Both the position numbers and the translations under genes were made by a program. 64,000 nt of DNA from Eledone cirrhosa (Eukaryota): the NCBI GenBank assembly GCA_964016885.1, contig OZ024740.1, forward strand, positions 400,892,001-400,956,000. The letters are read 5' to 3'. Position 1 is the first letter of the stretch. Every line of letters starts with the position of its first letter. Below the pieces are notes generated by a model that did no database searches, was not told the DNA's origin, and was given only the letters and a program-made list of their open reading frames with translations. Positions 1 through 15,187 of this stretch are shown here, in pieces.

Positions 1-39
1 TGTCCTCCCCTTTTTTCTCTCTCTCGATACGTAAATACT

Positions 40-82
<43 letters not shown>

Positions 83-88
83 AATATG

Positions 89-156
<68 letters not shown>

Positions 157-345
157 AACTTTGATAGGTTTCGGCCAGTATTGGCCCAGGCTATGTCTAA
201 CTTAATAGAACCATATCTTCTTGTGGGAGGGTCATGCTGCCATTCAAAACACCAGCAGTTGAGTTTCCCTTCGGGTTTTATCGATCTCATTGGTTGATCT
301 AGAAACAAGATGTTTTTCTGTGTGTCTTTATATCTTGCAATATAG
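157..345 (-). mobile_element. 3' terminal fragment of a CR1-like LINE next to (TA)n
   Basis: aactttga...ggccagtattggcccaggc(t/c)atgtctaacttaatag is shared with the 3' end of the LINE at 43549-43600. Confidence 0.7.
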
Positions 346-712
346 ACACACACGCGGATACACAGATGGGTAAGCATGCACATGCTCAGATGCATGTGCA
401 TACATCACATACACAGAATGCCAAAGAGAAAAGAAAAAAACATAGATTAACTGAAAGAACAAAATGGAAACAAGGGTGCATAGTGAGTGAAGATAATCAT
501 TAAGATCTTAGAACATGTGACGAAAGAGCTTTGTGATGAATATATATATAACTCCTCCTCTATCTCTCTCTCGTTCATTCATACCACCCACTCTCCATAA
601 AGACATAGGTATTTCAGTATTGGTGCAGCCAATAACACCGCCATAACCACCACGACCACCACCATCACTACTACCATCATTCTCACTACCACCAACACCC
701 CCCACCGTCATC

Positions 713-747
<35 letters not shown>

Positions 748-969
748 CCTCTCTCCCTCTCTCCCTCTCTCTCTCTATTTATCTATTTATCTAACTATGT
801 ATGTATGTATCTATCTCTGCCCTCCTCTCTCACTCGCATACATATTCTTACCATCCACTTCGGATAAAGCCGTGAGATAAAAATAAGAAAATAGCACCCT
901 CTTCCTTCCTCACATACAGTCACTCTTACATCTCCCTTTCATGGCAGCATTTTTAGACTACAAAACAAA

Positions 970-1075
970 AATGTGACCTCAGCAGGATTTGAACGTTGAA
1001 AGTAAAAGGCAGTAACAAGATGCTGCCAAGTAATTTGGGCGACACTGTAAGGATTTTGACAATCCACTGCCCTGC
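970..1075 (-). mobile_element. Degenerate tRNA-derived SINE fragment
   Basis: Reverse complement resembles the SINE head (ggcagtggattg...gttcaaatcctgctgaggtca). Confidence 0.5.
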
Positions 1076-1529
1076 CAGGTTTAATATAATAGAAGATATA
1101 TATCACTGTTTTCTCTTTTATTTATATGCAAATTTAATTCAATAATTCATAGTCTACTTTAGGAATGTATAAATATCTCGTCTGATTGAAATGTTCCGTT
1201 TCTTAGCACCTGTTGTCTCACAGATTTAGTGTTAGGGATATTTATCTCGTTATTTCCGGACAAAAAATATCGGAACAAAATACGAAGCAAACGTTTCAAG
1301 AGTTATATGCAGTAAGACGGATATCATTTTACTAGCAAATTGGTAGGTCTTTTCTTTATTTCGATAATTGATGCAATTGGTCGTTGATACTGGTAGTATC
1401 AACGTTTGAATCATTTATTAGATGGACAGGGAGATTACTGTAAATAGGGAGAAAGTAATTTAGAAAGGAGATGAAAGAAAGGAATCATGTGAGAGTGTGA
1501 AAAGCCAAAGAATGAAAAGAGAGATGAAG

Positions 1530-1613
<84 letters not shown>

Positions 1614-3049
1614 TGTGTGTGAGAAAAAAAGGAGACCAAAGAAAGAATACATTTGATAAACGTGAAAAACCGGCAAAAAACCAAAACAAAACAGATCAAT
1701 TCATAGTGCATAAACAAGCTTCAACAAGAGGAAGAAAGCTTTGAACTTAGATCCTTGAACTTACTGTCTTGTTGTGCTCAGTTGCCTCACTTTTCATTCT
1801 GAACTCTTATAATTCCACCTTTCAAATAATTCGACCGTTCTTCTCATGCTTCCGGTTTTCATCTGTAATATACTGCTGTCCTATATATGTAGACATTTAG
1901 TGATGTAATAAATCATTCATAAAGAATAGAGGGAGTAAAAGATATAGATAGGTGTTCGTGTGATTGAGTATTAATGTAAAAAAGGAAGAAAGAGAGTGTA
2001 TAAAGTATGGTATAGCATACAGGAAAATTAACGGTTTAAGAAAATGACTATAAGAAAGAATGTTAGTATGTTGATAAGTCTGGTAGTGTTAGTGATTACA
2101 TTTAGCGTATTACAAAACAAATTGAAAGAATTTAGTAAATGAAGGTGTTAATAAATGGAGGTATACAATGGGATAATATAGTCATTTCTTTATTTCTAAG
2201 TAATCGCAACATAGATGTGTGTATAAAGTACACATAATGAGAAGAGAAACATTTAGGTAAAATGGTGAGAGACAAAAGTAATTGAAGACAGAAAACATGA
2301 TCAGTCTGTGGGGATTGACGTTACAATTAAAGGAGTATAGGTGTTAGAAACATACATATTTATCAGGTTGAACTACAAATAAATGTGTACCTGATTATTT
2401 TTCTGCATTCTTTATGGAGGCGGTGAAAGTGGGAGTTCGGCTCTTCCACGTTCGGACCATATCCTTGTGGTTGTGTTTATTAAGCAGTTAATGAGTCTGT
2501 TTTTGACCTTCTTAACTAACACAGCTTTCACCAAACTTATCGAAATTTTAAGTAATTATACAAGCCAGTACAATAAAATGCACGAATCAGTTCGTCACTT
2601 ACACATAGAGCAACTTTATTATTTCAATGAGCATTGGATATGCTTCATTGACACAATAAGTCTACATGTTGTCGTTTAAACTCAGCTCAGATTGAGCTTG
2701 TTTTTAAACTATTTTGTCGTATTTGTTTTCAGATTTAATATATCTTAAGTTTCCTCTCTTGTATAACATAACGTGATGTATTGTTTTCTGGGAGATTTGA
2801 CTACTATTTCCAACAGATCAATCGACCTCGTCGAGGTTAACCCTCATCGATTTGGATATTTACTCGTTATCATCTATAATGTATCTAGGATAAATTGTAA
2901 TGAGAAATGTTAGTAAATAAAACAACAAAGAATTTTCCGATGTAGATCAATACTAGAATATCAATTCTGGTGACTACCTTTCTAGCAACTAATTTATATA
3001 TGTCGCTATTGTAACATGACCGGAAGCTTGAATATTTCCACCCTAGAAT

Positions 3050-3390
3050 GTTATTTTATCGATCTCGTAAGGATAAAAGGTAAAGCTAACCACGGCGGGA
3101 TTTGACCTCAGAACGTAAAGATATGTAACTATATGCTACAAAGCACATTGTCCGACTCTCTACTGATATTTCCAATCCACCGCCCATCCAATCTTCGTGG
3201 CATAGAGATACGGCGCTTTGCGTTCTGAGTTCAAATTCCGCCGAGGTTAGCTTTGCCTTTTATCATTACGAGGTCGATAACATAAAGTACCAGTCACGTA
3301 CTGGGGTCGATTTAATCGAATTTCCCCTACTCTCCCCCAAAATTGCTGGCCTTGTGCCTAAATCAGAAACCGTTATTATTATTATTATTA
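3050..3390. mobile_element. Two SINE copies, head to head (minus, then plus)
   Basis: Both carry ctgagttcaaat.ccgccgaggttagctttgcctttt...gtcgataa in opposite orientations; (att)n tail at about 3373-3390. Confidence 0.75.
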
Positions 3391-5159
3391 TTGTTGTTGT
3401 TTCTGTGAAATATGTTTACCACGGGAATACGGAGATATCTCATGATATTCTTCATCTGTTTGATATCACGTATTCTATCATCATCGTTGTCGACATATTT
3501 ATCGGCATGATTATCATCATCTACAATAATTGTATTGCAAAGGCAATTAACCGAATCACCAGTTGATACAAAAACACTTTATAACTACACAATCTCATAT
3601 TTCATCATTAGCTTTGTTGTTAATGGAAACTAATGAGGTACATGCAAATACGAGGAATAAGGAAATATACATATAATTTCTACATACTTCCCTTATGCAC
3701 GTATTCATCATTTTTAATGTATTTCTTCTGAAATATATACACACTATGTACGCACTCACATTCACAGATGCTCGCGCACGCACACATATATATATATATT
3801 TTGATATTTTGATTAAAAGCCATAGGATTAGTTTAATGAGAATTTTATCGTCAAATATTTCCTTCCGTTTAATAGTTCTTTCAACATTTTCTAGATCGTT
3901 AGTTGTGTAAGAGTACGACAACACTTTACGCTTGACCAGTATCAAAACTCAGATATATCCTGAAAGTGTCGGTGTAAGCAGAGATTTCCGGCATTCATAT
4001 AACATATAGGAGGTTATCTGATTCTAATTTTATCAGCTAATAAGTCGGATAGAGAGGCGGAATGTAATGAAAAGAGGGACGTATAGACGTTCGTGAAAGA
4101 AATGTGGAAGACTAGAACGTAGAAATAAAGAATGGAAAAGACCGAGAGACAGGCAGAAACAGGGAGAGAGTGAAATATTTTGACAGTAATAAAGTAACTG
4201 AGACATAGCAAAGAAACTGTTTGGATATGATTAAAAGAAGTTTTTGTAAAGAAGGCTGGAGAAAATAGTGAAAGAAGGCAGAGAATGCAAGTATATATAA
4301 AGACATAAAAAACAAAACAAGAAAAGTAGAAAGTGAGAGAATACTATAGGAAAGATGTTGAGAAAGAAATGGACAAGAGCAAAATGTTATGTTGTAAATT
4401 CAGTTATCAAAAGTCCTAAGTTTTATTTGAAGCATTAACAAATTAATGTCCATCAAGCTTATTTATGTTCACTTTATAAAATTAATAGACTAAACTTCCT
4501 CTCACACTGTTAACGGGTGCTATAAGGTAACTCATATTTCAACGGCAATAAGAGATTCAGAATTTCCTACAGCAATACACAAAAAAGAATAAATAAAAAA
4601 TAAATATAAAAATATATACAAACAATCAACAAACATACAAATAAACCGGGCCTTATTAAATATTACTAACCGTTTCATTCGGCTCTACCAATGACACACT
4701 TGGTGGTATTGAATATGTAATAAGGTTTCCTTTCCTTCTTCACTCTTGAATGCATATATGTCATCCGTAATTAAACTGTGTAATTAGTCACATTGATGCT
4801 GATGCAACGGAAACAACTAGGTACAACTTAATGTAGAATTTCTTACATTAACTACTCATTATTTCATTGCTGCTCATGTTTCTTATCAAACTGTGACACA
4901 GTTACATGGCAGAATACATAAAGTTTTGAAATGAGAACTGAAAAATATTGAATATACAAGGCATCTGGTCTTACTATATCATTTATAACTCTGAAATATA
5001 GAAACAAAATATAATGAAGTTGTGTTACATATACATTTCACGTTTTAATTAATACATTAAAACTGTCGCTTTTCTAATAAATATTTACTGAAAATCGTGG
5101 ATTTACAAAATAACTATACCATCGAATAACTTGTATTATATGATTGGCAGTATCGGTAG

Positions 5160-5350
5160 AATGGTGGATTGGCAGTATCGGTAGAGGGTCGGACGCCATG
5201 CTTTCCAGCATAGTTGCGTCCCTTTATGGTCTGAGTTCAGATCCCGCCGAGGTTAACTTTGCCTTTCATCCTTACGGGGTCGATAAAAATAAAGTACCAG
5301 TAATGCACTGGGTAATTGCTGGCCTTGTACCAAAAGTAGAAACAATTATA
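5160..5350 (+). mobile_element. tRNA-derived cephalopod-type SINE, near full length
   Basis: A-box-like tggcagtatcgg, B-box-like gagttcagatcc, then aactttgcctttcatccttacggggtcgataa...gctggccttgtaccaaaagtagaaacaattat; many copies in the window. Confidence 0.85.
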
Positions 5351-5520
5351 TATGGTTGCTTCCTTTTACATTCTCAGTTCAAATACCATCTATTCAAGTG
5401 TATTTGTTGAAGACTGTTCAGCGTGTTATTTAGCCCAAGTTCAATTCTGATCAAGCATACTTATGATCAGTTTATTCTCGCTACAACCATACTGTCTCTT
5501 TAGAACTAGACTATCTAAAG

Positions 5521-5706
5521 CAGGCATGTCAAACTGAGGGTCCCCGAGGGCCACATGGGACGCATATGTGTTGTCTGAGGGTCACTCATAACAACTAATT
5601 GCGCACATTAAACTAATATTTTTTATTTTATATTACGCCTGCGCTGTAAAAACCTTTGTACGGGCCGCAGGTGTACTTCCCGCGGGCCGTATGTTTGACA
5701 TGCCTG
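5521..5706. mobile_element. hAT-type MITE, 186 bp
   Basis: TIR caggcatgtcaaac / gtttgacatgcctg; 8-bp TSD atctaaag (5513-5520) / gtctaaag (5707-5714). Confidence 0.9.
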
Positions 5707-6449
5707 GTCTAAAGTGTCCTTTTCAATGTTTTAAAGCAATTGGAGTGATTTGACGCCAGGTTCCCTACGTCTGCAGCAAATTTTAAATTTCGACATATCA
5801 ACGGGGAGTCTAATAGATTATCCATTCGGCTGTTTAATTTTTCTAAGAACATACAATTTGTATAAAAAGTTTCCCTTGATTAAACATACACCCCATATAG
5901 TTAAGATACGATAATTGGAAGTTGAAACATTCATGATATTTTCCCTAGGGCTTTAACTCTATAAGTAAAGTGGAATTGCTTTTTAATCAGAATTAAAACT
6001 ATGAAGTGGAGTCATCATGAACTTCATATTTTACTTGGCATTACTCTGTTCTAAAAAAAAATATTAAAGGGTAGCATGGCTCACATTTATCCAGTGTGGA
6101 TAAAATAAGTATGTGTAATGTTATAAATGTAATCCTCTATTTCCACTCACCAACATTGAAGGTATTGTATCTGTGCTATAAACTCTATGGTATGTTCTGA
6201 ATAAAGAATGATGGGTAAAAAATTGGTAGAGATTCCGAGCAACATGCTTTGGCGTATTTTTAAAAAATATCTTTGCACTGAAATCTAACTTGCAGGATAT
6301 TGCCATCATAATACCGGATAAGTAATGTGATTTTTCTTTAAAATATCTGTCCGAACCTATCATGTGCATATCGGAGATCCCCTTTTGACGAGTTAAGTAA
6401 TACCACGTCGCCTGCAAATTCCAGCCGTCAAATCCTACACCCGTACATT

Positions 6450-7000
6450 CTCAATATGGTAGATAATTTGAAAGAATAAAAGGGTTATTACTATCTAAGC
6501 TGATCTAAAATGTCTTAGGGATAACTAAAATTAAGATGTGGATAACGGGAATATTGAAAGTGGAAGATGACATATAATTTGCCGAAGAGTCGGCGCAGAT
6601 TTAAAATATAAACCTGTTAAATTAGGTACACAGACGCGGTAAGTAAATGAGTAATATGGTTAATAGTTCAAACCAGTAGATAAATAAATGAACTAATTTT
6701 ATTCATATACATTTATAAAAATATACATAAAATAATAAGAAATTAAAAAAATATGAAATATGGGGAGGAAGATAAACATATGAGTCGTTACATTAAGAAC
6801 CGGATAATGTGAATGGTGCATATATACAGCGAAAATAATGAGCAAAGTTAGTAATAGGATGTAGTTGGAATATGCTTTAGAATATGTTTAAGGATGGATT
6901 TTAGTAATAGGTTTGTTTACATTAAATATAATTTAGAAATTTTATATACACGAGTGAAACGATTAGAGCTAATGTTAATTTGAGTGCATACTAATATATG
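6450..7000 (-). pseudogene. Possible highly decayed Penelope-like coding remnant
   Basis: Minus-strand peptide FKSAPTLRQIICH near 6570-6608 resembles the RT/GIY-YIG linker of PLEs; boundaries uncertain. Confidence 0.3.
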
Positions 7001-7673
7001 TTACCTATTAAGATAACTTGTAAAACGAAAACATTTATAAGTTTTAAGAATTGTGTTTTCAAGAATCGAAATTCAGTCTATAAAGTTTTAAGTGAGGGCA
7101 AAGAGCATTTCTCATCAATCAGTTGCCTGTAATGTTTACATTTTCTTATATTTTCACGAATATTATTTAACGCTACATTTTGACGTTTAAGCTATATTTT
7201 TATTTCTTAAATACTAATTGCAGAGAAACAATGCCGTTTCATTACTAATGTTCTTATTCGTAAATGTTTGAGCGAGGTTCATAAAGTGACGTTGAAAAGG
7301 TTTAGAATAATTAGTTTATATGGTACATTAGTCAACTGTATTATGACCTTGGCAAATAGAGATTAATGACTGAGTATTGAATTAATAAACTTACAGTTAA
7401 TAGTAAATTATATAGTAGTTAATCGGCGTATCTTGCATATGTTATATGAGCCGAGGTTGACGTCCAGAAAAATAGCTTTTGTTAAATTAATTTATTCGAT
7501 GTTGAGATCGCCGACGTTGGTGAAGGAAAAAAGAAAGGATATTTTACGTATTCTGTGTTGTATTTCTTCATAACTAGTGTTATCCTCTTGTTACACTCAA
7601 ATCTAACTGATATCGCGTTATTTACACGCACATACACACACCCACATATATAATACATAGACACACACACACA

Positions 7674-7705
<32 letters not shown>

Positions 7706-8161
7706 TACATATATATACACACTTTACCAGACACCTTTATGAGTGTGATCTAGAAAACATCACGGCGATTTTAGCACCGTCTGTCAGTTTTATTCTCTCT
7801 TATGTGGTGTCGGTCCCCAGTAAATATTCGTGTTCCTTTACTCATTACTATACTCCCACTTTTCATTTTAATTATGCACGTAGAAGACACACCAGATATA
7901 GTGCAGATGTAAATACAAAAAGCGTGCTGTTATTTGCTCTAAGATTTGCTATTTCTCTCGAATAATTGTGTCATATCTTCAATGAAGTGTTTCCTTCTTC
8001 CCTCTCATGTTCGTGAATCACTGCATATCTCTCTAATGCAAACCATTTAGAAATGTGATGATATTTGAACAAATAAAATACACTACATCACTACTTGAAT
8101 CACCGGACAGTACCTGCATTATACCTCACATGATTACGTAATACTTTCATATTTTAGTTCA

Positions 8162-8320
8162 ATTAGCAGTATCGGTAGAGCGTCAGACAACATACTTTGC
8201 AGAAAAGAGTTATGTCCCATTATGTTCTGAGTTCATTGCCTGTCATTCTTACTGGGTCGATAAAATAAAGTACCAATAATGCACTGGGGTAATTGCTGAG
8301 CTTGTGCCGAAAGTAGAAAC
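8162..8320 (+). mobile_element. SINE copy, degenerate
   Basis: Same head and gtcgataaaataaagtacca...gtagaaaca tail as 5160-5350. Confidence 0.75.
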
Positions 8321-9767
8321 ATTCTCTGTGAGTATGGAGTGGTCATTTGAAAGGAACGAACTAACATATGTCACAAAATCAAGGTGTTTCTTAATTATTA
8401 CAATATGGCTTAGCAATATGAACGCTTCCATAAAATCTACCAGTGTATTCCAGTCATTAACACTAAACAGAAATCTTAATATCAATGTTCTTCGTTTATG
8501 ATCCTGAGGACAAAAACTGTGTGAAACTGTGTTGGATTTCATTGAATTTTTCTGTTTCTTTACGTGCACTGGCAAATATACTTAAGATTTGTTTATGTCT
8601 CCTGATATTTTCTCCGAGGATGATATACATATAGAATAGAACATGCATAATATCCTGATCGATATTGAGCAGAATTGTCCCTCCAACTCTATTGCTTTAT
8701 AATAACCGAGATAGAAGAAAATCATACACAGGTCTCGCGAGAAATTGCTATCGCTTTATTTTCCACAAAATGTTTTAAGACATGCATTTGATCACCGTTT
8801 TCCTGGCAGAGCATGTCAATTACACCGAATGTTACATTCCTTTGGACACAAAATCTGGCTTGCTTCTACTCTTCTTTCACAATTTCCATTTCTTCCAGTT
8901 ATATCCACATCATGTCGGAGTATTTTTTCTGGTACCTCTCACGTCTTTCATTTCTAGGTTGGGTTCTATCATTCCTTCAGTTGCTTTCATGTCCCATTTC
9001 TTTCATGGCAACACATTTGGCGTGCTACACGAACAATGAGATCCCTTAACAACATGTTGACAGTTAATTTCGCTAATTTAATCACCTAAACTCTTGTATT
9101 TCATGTACTTGGAATTGACATGAGGACCTAGACAGGAAACCATGTTGATAACACCTCACCTGAAACGTCCTTGCAGAACATTAGGTGTCAAAGATAATTT
9201 AGTCCCTGATCCAACAACATGGCCAAGATCCCAATACCACAATTTTAGCGAACTTTACGGCTCCCTGAATCAGCTTTCCTCTATTCAATGTCGGTGCAAT
9301 TCTTTATGAATAGGCAGTTACATATTTCACTTCCATATGTACATGACGTACTTGATATAGTATATTTTCACATGTTAGTGGGGGTGCTGCTTATTTTTGT
9401 TTCCATTACACCGGTATCGACATCAATAACAGCACGTAGCGTTAGCTTACAATTTTAATTCCACCAGAGTCGCACCATGAACTACTCAATATCAAGGTCG
9501 TAGCTATAACAAAGAAGAATAGGGAAATAGTATACTCTATAATGTGGGTTACTACTAGTGCCTGCCACTTAGTAGTTCAGTCGTTGATGGTAAACTGCAT
9601 TAATACTGATCCAAGACACTACATAAGTCGTTCACTTACACATATTGGAAAATTAACACAATCTAATGATTTGTGCATCATGACTAAGACCATACATTCA
9701 TATGTCAGAACATACCGCCTGAAAGTATTTACCTCTTTTATTACTATGGTGAATCAATGGAATTGCC

Positions 9768-9952
9768 GTGGATTGGCAATATCGGCAGAAGGTCGGACAC
9801 CATGCTTTAACGCATAGAGTAAACGGCTCTTGCCATTCTGTGTTCAAACCCCGCCGAGGTTAACTTTCATCCTTACGGGGTCGATAAAATAAAGTACCAG
9901 TAATGCACTGGGATAATTGCTGGCCTTGTGCCAAAAGTAGAAACAATTATTA
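9768..9952 (+). mobile_element. SINE copy
   Basis: Colinear with 5160-5350. Confidence 0.85.
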
Positions 9953-10304
9953 TGGTGAATGAAAATTCAAATGATATAGGCACGCTGAACGCTGCCTGGG
10001 AATCAGCTTTCATATTGAATGTGTTCAATCAGATCTCGGATACGTACCATCCATTCAGGTTACTTCATTTTTTAAACTCAAATTAATTTTCGGAAGCAGC
10101 TGGTCGATGTATAATACTCGCACCAAGTTAGGCTCTCGCAGGCCAAGAAAGTTGAGTTACAATTGGAAGCTTAGAAACATTAAGGCATTGCCTTCTTCTA
10201 AATCCTCACAAGTTCTCTGCTGCGAGATCTGAGATTTTGAACTCGATCTCAACTCAGAGGAAATAAATCCACTTGTAACTGGGTATAGGTGAATTTATGT
10301 TCAT

Positions 10305-10995
<691 letters not shown>

Positions 10996-11382
10996 AAAAG
11001 GAACAACGAAGATAATAAAAAATAAATTAGCAGATGCATGTAGGACAACTACAAAAAACAGTCAAAATACTTTTTAGCGAGAACAAGATAAATTAATTTA
11101 TATGAGAGCAGGTGGCAACTGATCAACATGCCAGTCTGGATATTCCGGTCAAATAAAAGGCGCCCAAAATTTATTCAAATCTAGTTTAATGGACAAGCAG
11201 TGAAATTCGGCTGTTTCCTTATATTGTATTCTATATTTGACACTATATTTTTTGCACTGAAGGAAATAAATGAAAATGCAAATAGTTCCATAAAATACAA
11301 TAAATTGAAATAAGACCTAAAACAATATCAATACAAAAATGCTCAAGAAGATATATCAATGCATACACAGACAGACAGACAG

Positions 11383-11432
<50 letters not shown>

Positions 11433-11618
11433 GCCTATAGTACTCATGTGACACAATTATGTATGCGTACGCATATATATATATATATATATATACACGC
11501 ATGTGTGTGCAAATAAGTGCAGGATTGTGGTTAATATATATGTATCACATCTCTGGAACCAATTGTAATATATATATAACTATACACACACACATGCACA
11601 CATGCACGCGGCCACACA

Positions 11619-11690
<72 letters not shown>

Positions 11691-12046
11691 AATGTAACGA
11701 GGTAGCTGTGTGTGTTTTATAGTGCAACATTGTACATGACTCTATATGTATCCTTGTGTACACATCGTCGTCTAGTTTTATTGTTCCTGTATGCATGAAT
11801 ATATATATATTATCATTATTTATGTAGCAATATGTCTACTTTCTGTTTCTTAAATATTTAATTTTACTTTACAAAACATTATTTATGCTACATTTTACTG
11901 TAAATTACATCATGTTTAATTCATAAATACAGATTAAGTCTCATATGCATTAATAGCTCATCTAAAGTTGTTCGGCTTGAGGAAGTACTCCATGAGGATC
12001 TACAAAAGGAACGCATTGGAGCTTATTCGGTCTTTCTTAGTCATCT

Positions 12047-12432
12047 TTGGACGGCAAAAGACCAAACGGTATGACCATCTTCTCGTTTCGCGGTGGCAAA
12101 GCCCTCGTCTGTGATGCCACTTGCAGTGACACTTTCTCCAGCCGCAACCTGGTGCAGTCTCCGACTAACCCAGGTTCTGCTGCGTTTTGGGCAGAGGAGG
12201 CCAAACTCTCCAAGTACCTATCGCTCTACGACATGTTTGCAGTGGTGCTCTTGGCAGTGGAGACTTCTGGTTCCTTGGCCCCAGGACTACCTCCCTACTT
12301 ACCACCATAGGCGCTGAGCTGGCCAGCCGCAGGTGTGAGCCTAGCGAGATGGAATGGCTCTTCCAGCGCATCTCTCTTACCCTCATTCTGGGAAAAGCCT
12401 TCACCATTCTGTCCGCCGGGTCTGTGGGGTAG
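12047..12432 (+). pseudogene. Frameshifted C-terminal RLE domain of a CRE-like non-LTR retrotransposon
   Basis: DGKRP(N)GMT...ALVCDATCSDT...GSAA..AEEAKLSKY..L...AVETSG, then WLFQRISLTLILGKAFTIL in the next frame; matches the PD..D..E..K..KY pattern of CRE-type elements; GC-rich island. Confidence 0.75.
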
Positions 12433-12979
12433 CCAGCACGTGGGACCCCATTTGCTCATAATACAGAGATGGAGGCGGTGACAGTGGGAGCCCGGCAGTT
12501 CGGTGTTCAGACACATTGCACCTGTCATGTGGATCATGTGATATATTTTCTATCTCCTGCCAATATAGCAAGAGAGTGAAACTCAACTTATCAGATGTGG
12601 CAAATTAATCATGTTTACAATGAAATGGGAATATCTATTATAACATCCGTTCCTGGAAACTACTGTCTAACGTTAGTTAACAGTAATTTTTATTAAATTC
12701 AATGGAAATTATGTTAAAATCACAAGAAGATATAGTGCTTCTGATCCCCATAGCTTACTTAGAATTGAGCTGGGTATCATAGAGGTCTTTGTACAAGAGA
12801 ATAATCGAACATAGTACAGTAGGATAATCAATATCTACGTTACTACACTGCGTATCATTTACTGAGGTAATCTTTCTGCCGATTGTACAAATAGTCGTAG
12901 CTTTGAGGTCTATATGGATACAGAATAATACTAGCTACCAACACCCTCTTTATATGTACATACGTATATATGTATATAC

Positions 12980-13030
<51 letters not shown>

Positions 13031-13034
<4 letters not shown>

Positions 13035-13470
13035 TAATAATACATTTCAAGACTAAAATCCAAAGAGGGCTCGATAAGGATAAATATATATCAAATATAT
13101 AAGAACCGTAGAGCAAATATTTATTAAAATAACAGATTAAAGTTTAAGCAAAGAATCGCTGCTTTCACCCTTAACGGGATCTTCTGAAACTAACAAAGTC
13201 AATCTCTAAACGCAGAACTGGATATTTCAAAAAATGTTGCAACCGGAGGAAGACAGGAAGACGATACTTTGGTTCGTGGATACGTTCGCTGACAAAGAAC
13301 GGGAAAAAACGAATAAGATACGTCATTAATAGGAGCGGTGAAAATCAATTACGCGCAAAGACAGAACCACGTTTATGGTATAAAAAAGGTCGTAGACTAA
13401 TGTTCTCTTAGGTGGTTCATAGAGACGTTCTCTGGCAATGAACGAAAAAAACGAAGATAATACGTCATAT
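13031..13470 (-). mobile_element. Solo 3' end (pLTR) of the Penelope family at 49243-52490
   Basis: Colinear with 49245-49680; abuts (TA)n; HHR-like motif at 13141-13191 (-). Confidence 0.9.
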
Positions 13471-13481
13471 GTGGATATATT

Positions 13482-14280
13482 CTCCTTCTTCTTTTTCGCC
13501 CACTTATACATGAGAGGGTCCTGGGGGCAGAGTCTTCAAACACTCTCTCCAACGGGTCCTGCCAGAAGCAACCGTCTCCAGCTGATCCGGCTGGATCTCC
13601 AAGCATGACCAATCAAGCACATGGATGTTATCCATCCATCTTGTTCAGGTTCTACCATGGGTCTCCTACCTGTTCGTTTCGCTTGTAAGATCTGTTCAGC
13701 GATTCTTTCCTGCGACATTCTAGTCCCATGCCCCTAGTATCGGACCTGTGATCTCGCAATTCGAAAAAGTAGCGGCTCTGCCTAGAGTGACTTTCTGATC
13801 TAAAGTTACTCCAAAGCCCCTTCGGAGGAACCCCATTTCGATCGCTTGTATTCGCGATCGTATTCTTTCGGTCATTACCTAAGATTCGTGACCATAGGAA
13901 AGGATTTGAACGAAAAGAGAATTGAAGAAAGCAAGTTTGGCTTTTACACATATCTTGCTTCTTCTATTTACTGAATGCTAAAGCTGGCGCATTACTGCAC
14001 TAGCTTTTGCAATTCTTGCACTTAATTCAGCCTCCTGCCTTCCCTCACTCGTGAAGACGACCCGAGGTATTTGAACTTCTCTACCTGCTTCAGTGTAATT
14101 CCATTCACATGTAGCGTGCACTGCGCAAGCTTCCTTTAGAGGACGAGTGTCTCAGCTTTCGCAGCACTGATTTTGATTCCATCCATGCATCACTCGGCAT
14201 CAAATCTATCAATTGCAAGTCGGAGATCATCTTCTATCAAGTGAAGTAACACCATGTAGTTTGCAGTCACAGATGGTGCC
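13482..14280 (-). mobile_element. RTE-clade LINE 3' fragment, decayed
   Basis: ERIAEQILQAKRTGRRP C-terminal motif; VEKFKYLG-like segment near 14065-14090; homologous to 18550-19195. Confidence 0.85.
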
Positions 14281-15045
14281 ATTAGATTTAAGGGCACGAT
14301 GAGACAAAATCTTACGTTGTTCCGTTCAGCGTCCTAATGCTTCACATATGCACACACAACGAAAATAAATATTTTTATGGTTCAAATACTCTTACACAAA
14401 TTATATATCTCATAGGATAATGTCCTTCAGAATTCATGATATATTTCCTATATATTTTATATCTTTATTTATATGAAGTAAAAATGTATAAAAGTATTTT
14501 AAATTGAATCCTTTGTTAGGTAGATATACATTTGTGCTTATTAAAATATGTGTCCCTATGACAACTCAACAGGATTTTCAGTCGTTAGATGTATTTTCTT
14601 ACGTTGAAAACTTTACTTAAATGTACATGGTGTGGCACAAATAAATTGAACCTCTCTGCTATCGACAGCACATACAAATTGTGAGGTAGTAAATAACCAC
14701 ACAGACACAGATGTAAAATATATTTGAAAACTTACTTAAATATCATAAATACATTCACCAGGGAAAACGGACGTTAAATACTGCTGATGATGATACATAA
14801 ATTAAAACACGATTATATACATATACATGCACGCATTCATATATGGCTATGTACATTCATATATATGCTTACATGTGGGCGTGTGCACCAGGGTGTGTTT
14901 GTGTGCATGTTTGTAATCATATTTCTGGGGTGGGAATAATATCTTTACGCAAGGGCAAAATTTGTAGTTTCAATTTAGTTCACACTCACACACACACAAA
15001 CACACACACGAATACACACACACACATATATATATACACGCACAT

Positions 15046-15126
<81 letters not shown>

Positions 15127-15143
15127 CACACACATACACATAA

Positions 15144-15187
<44 letters not shown>

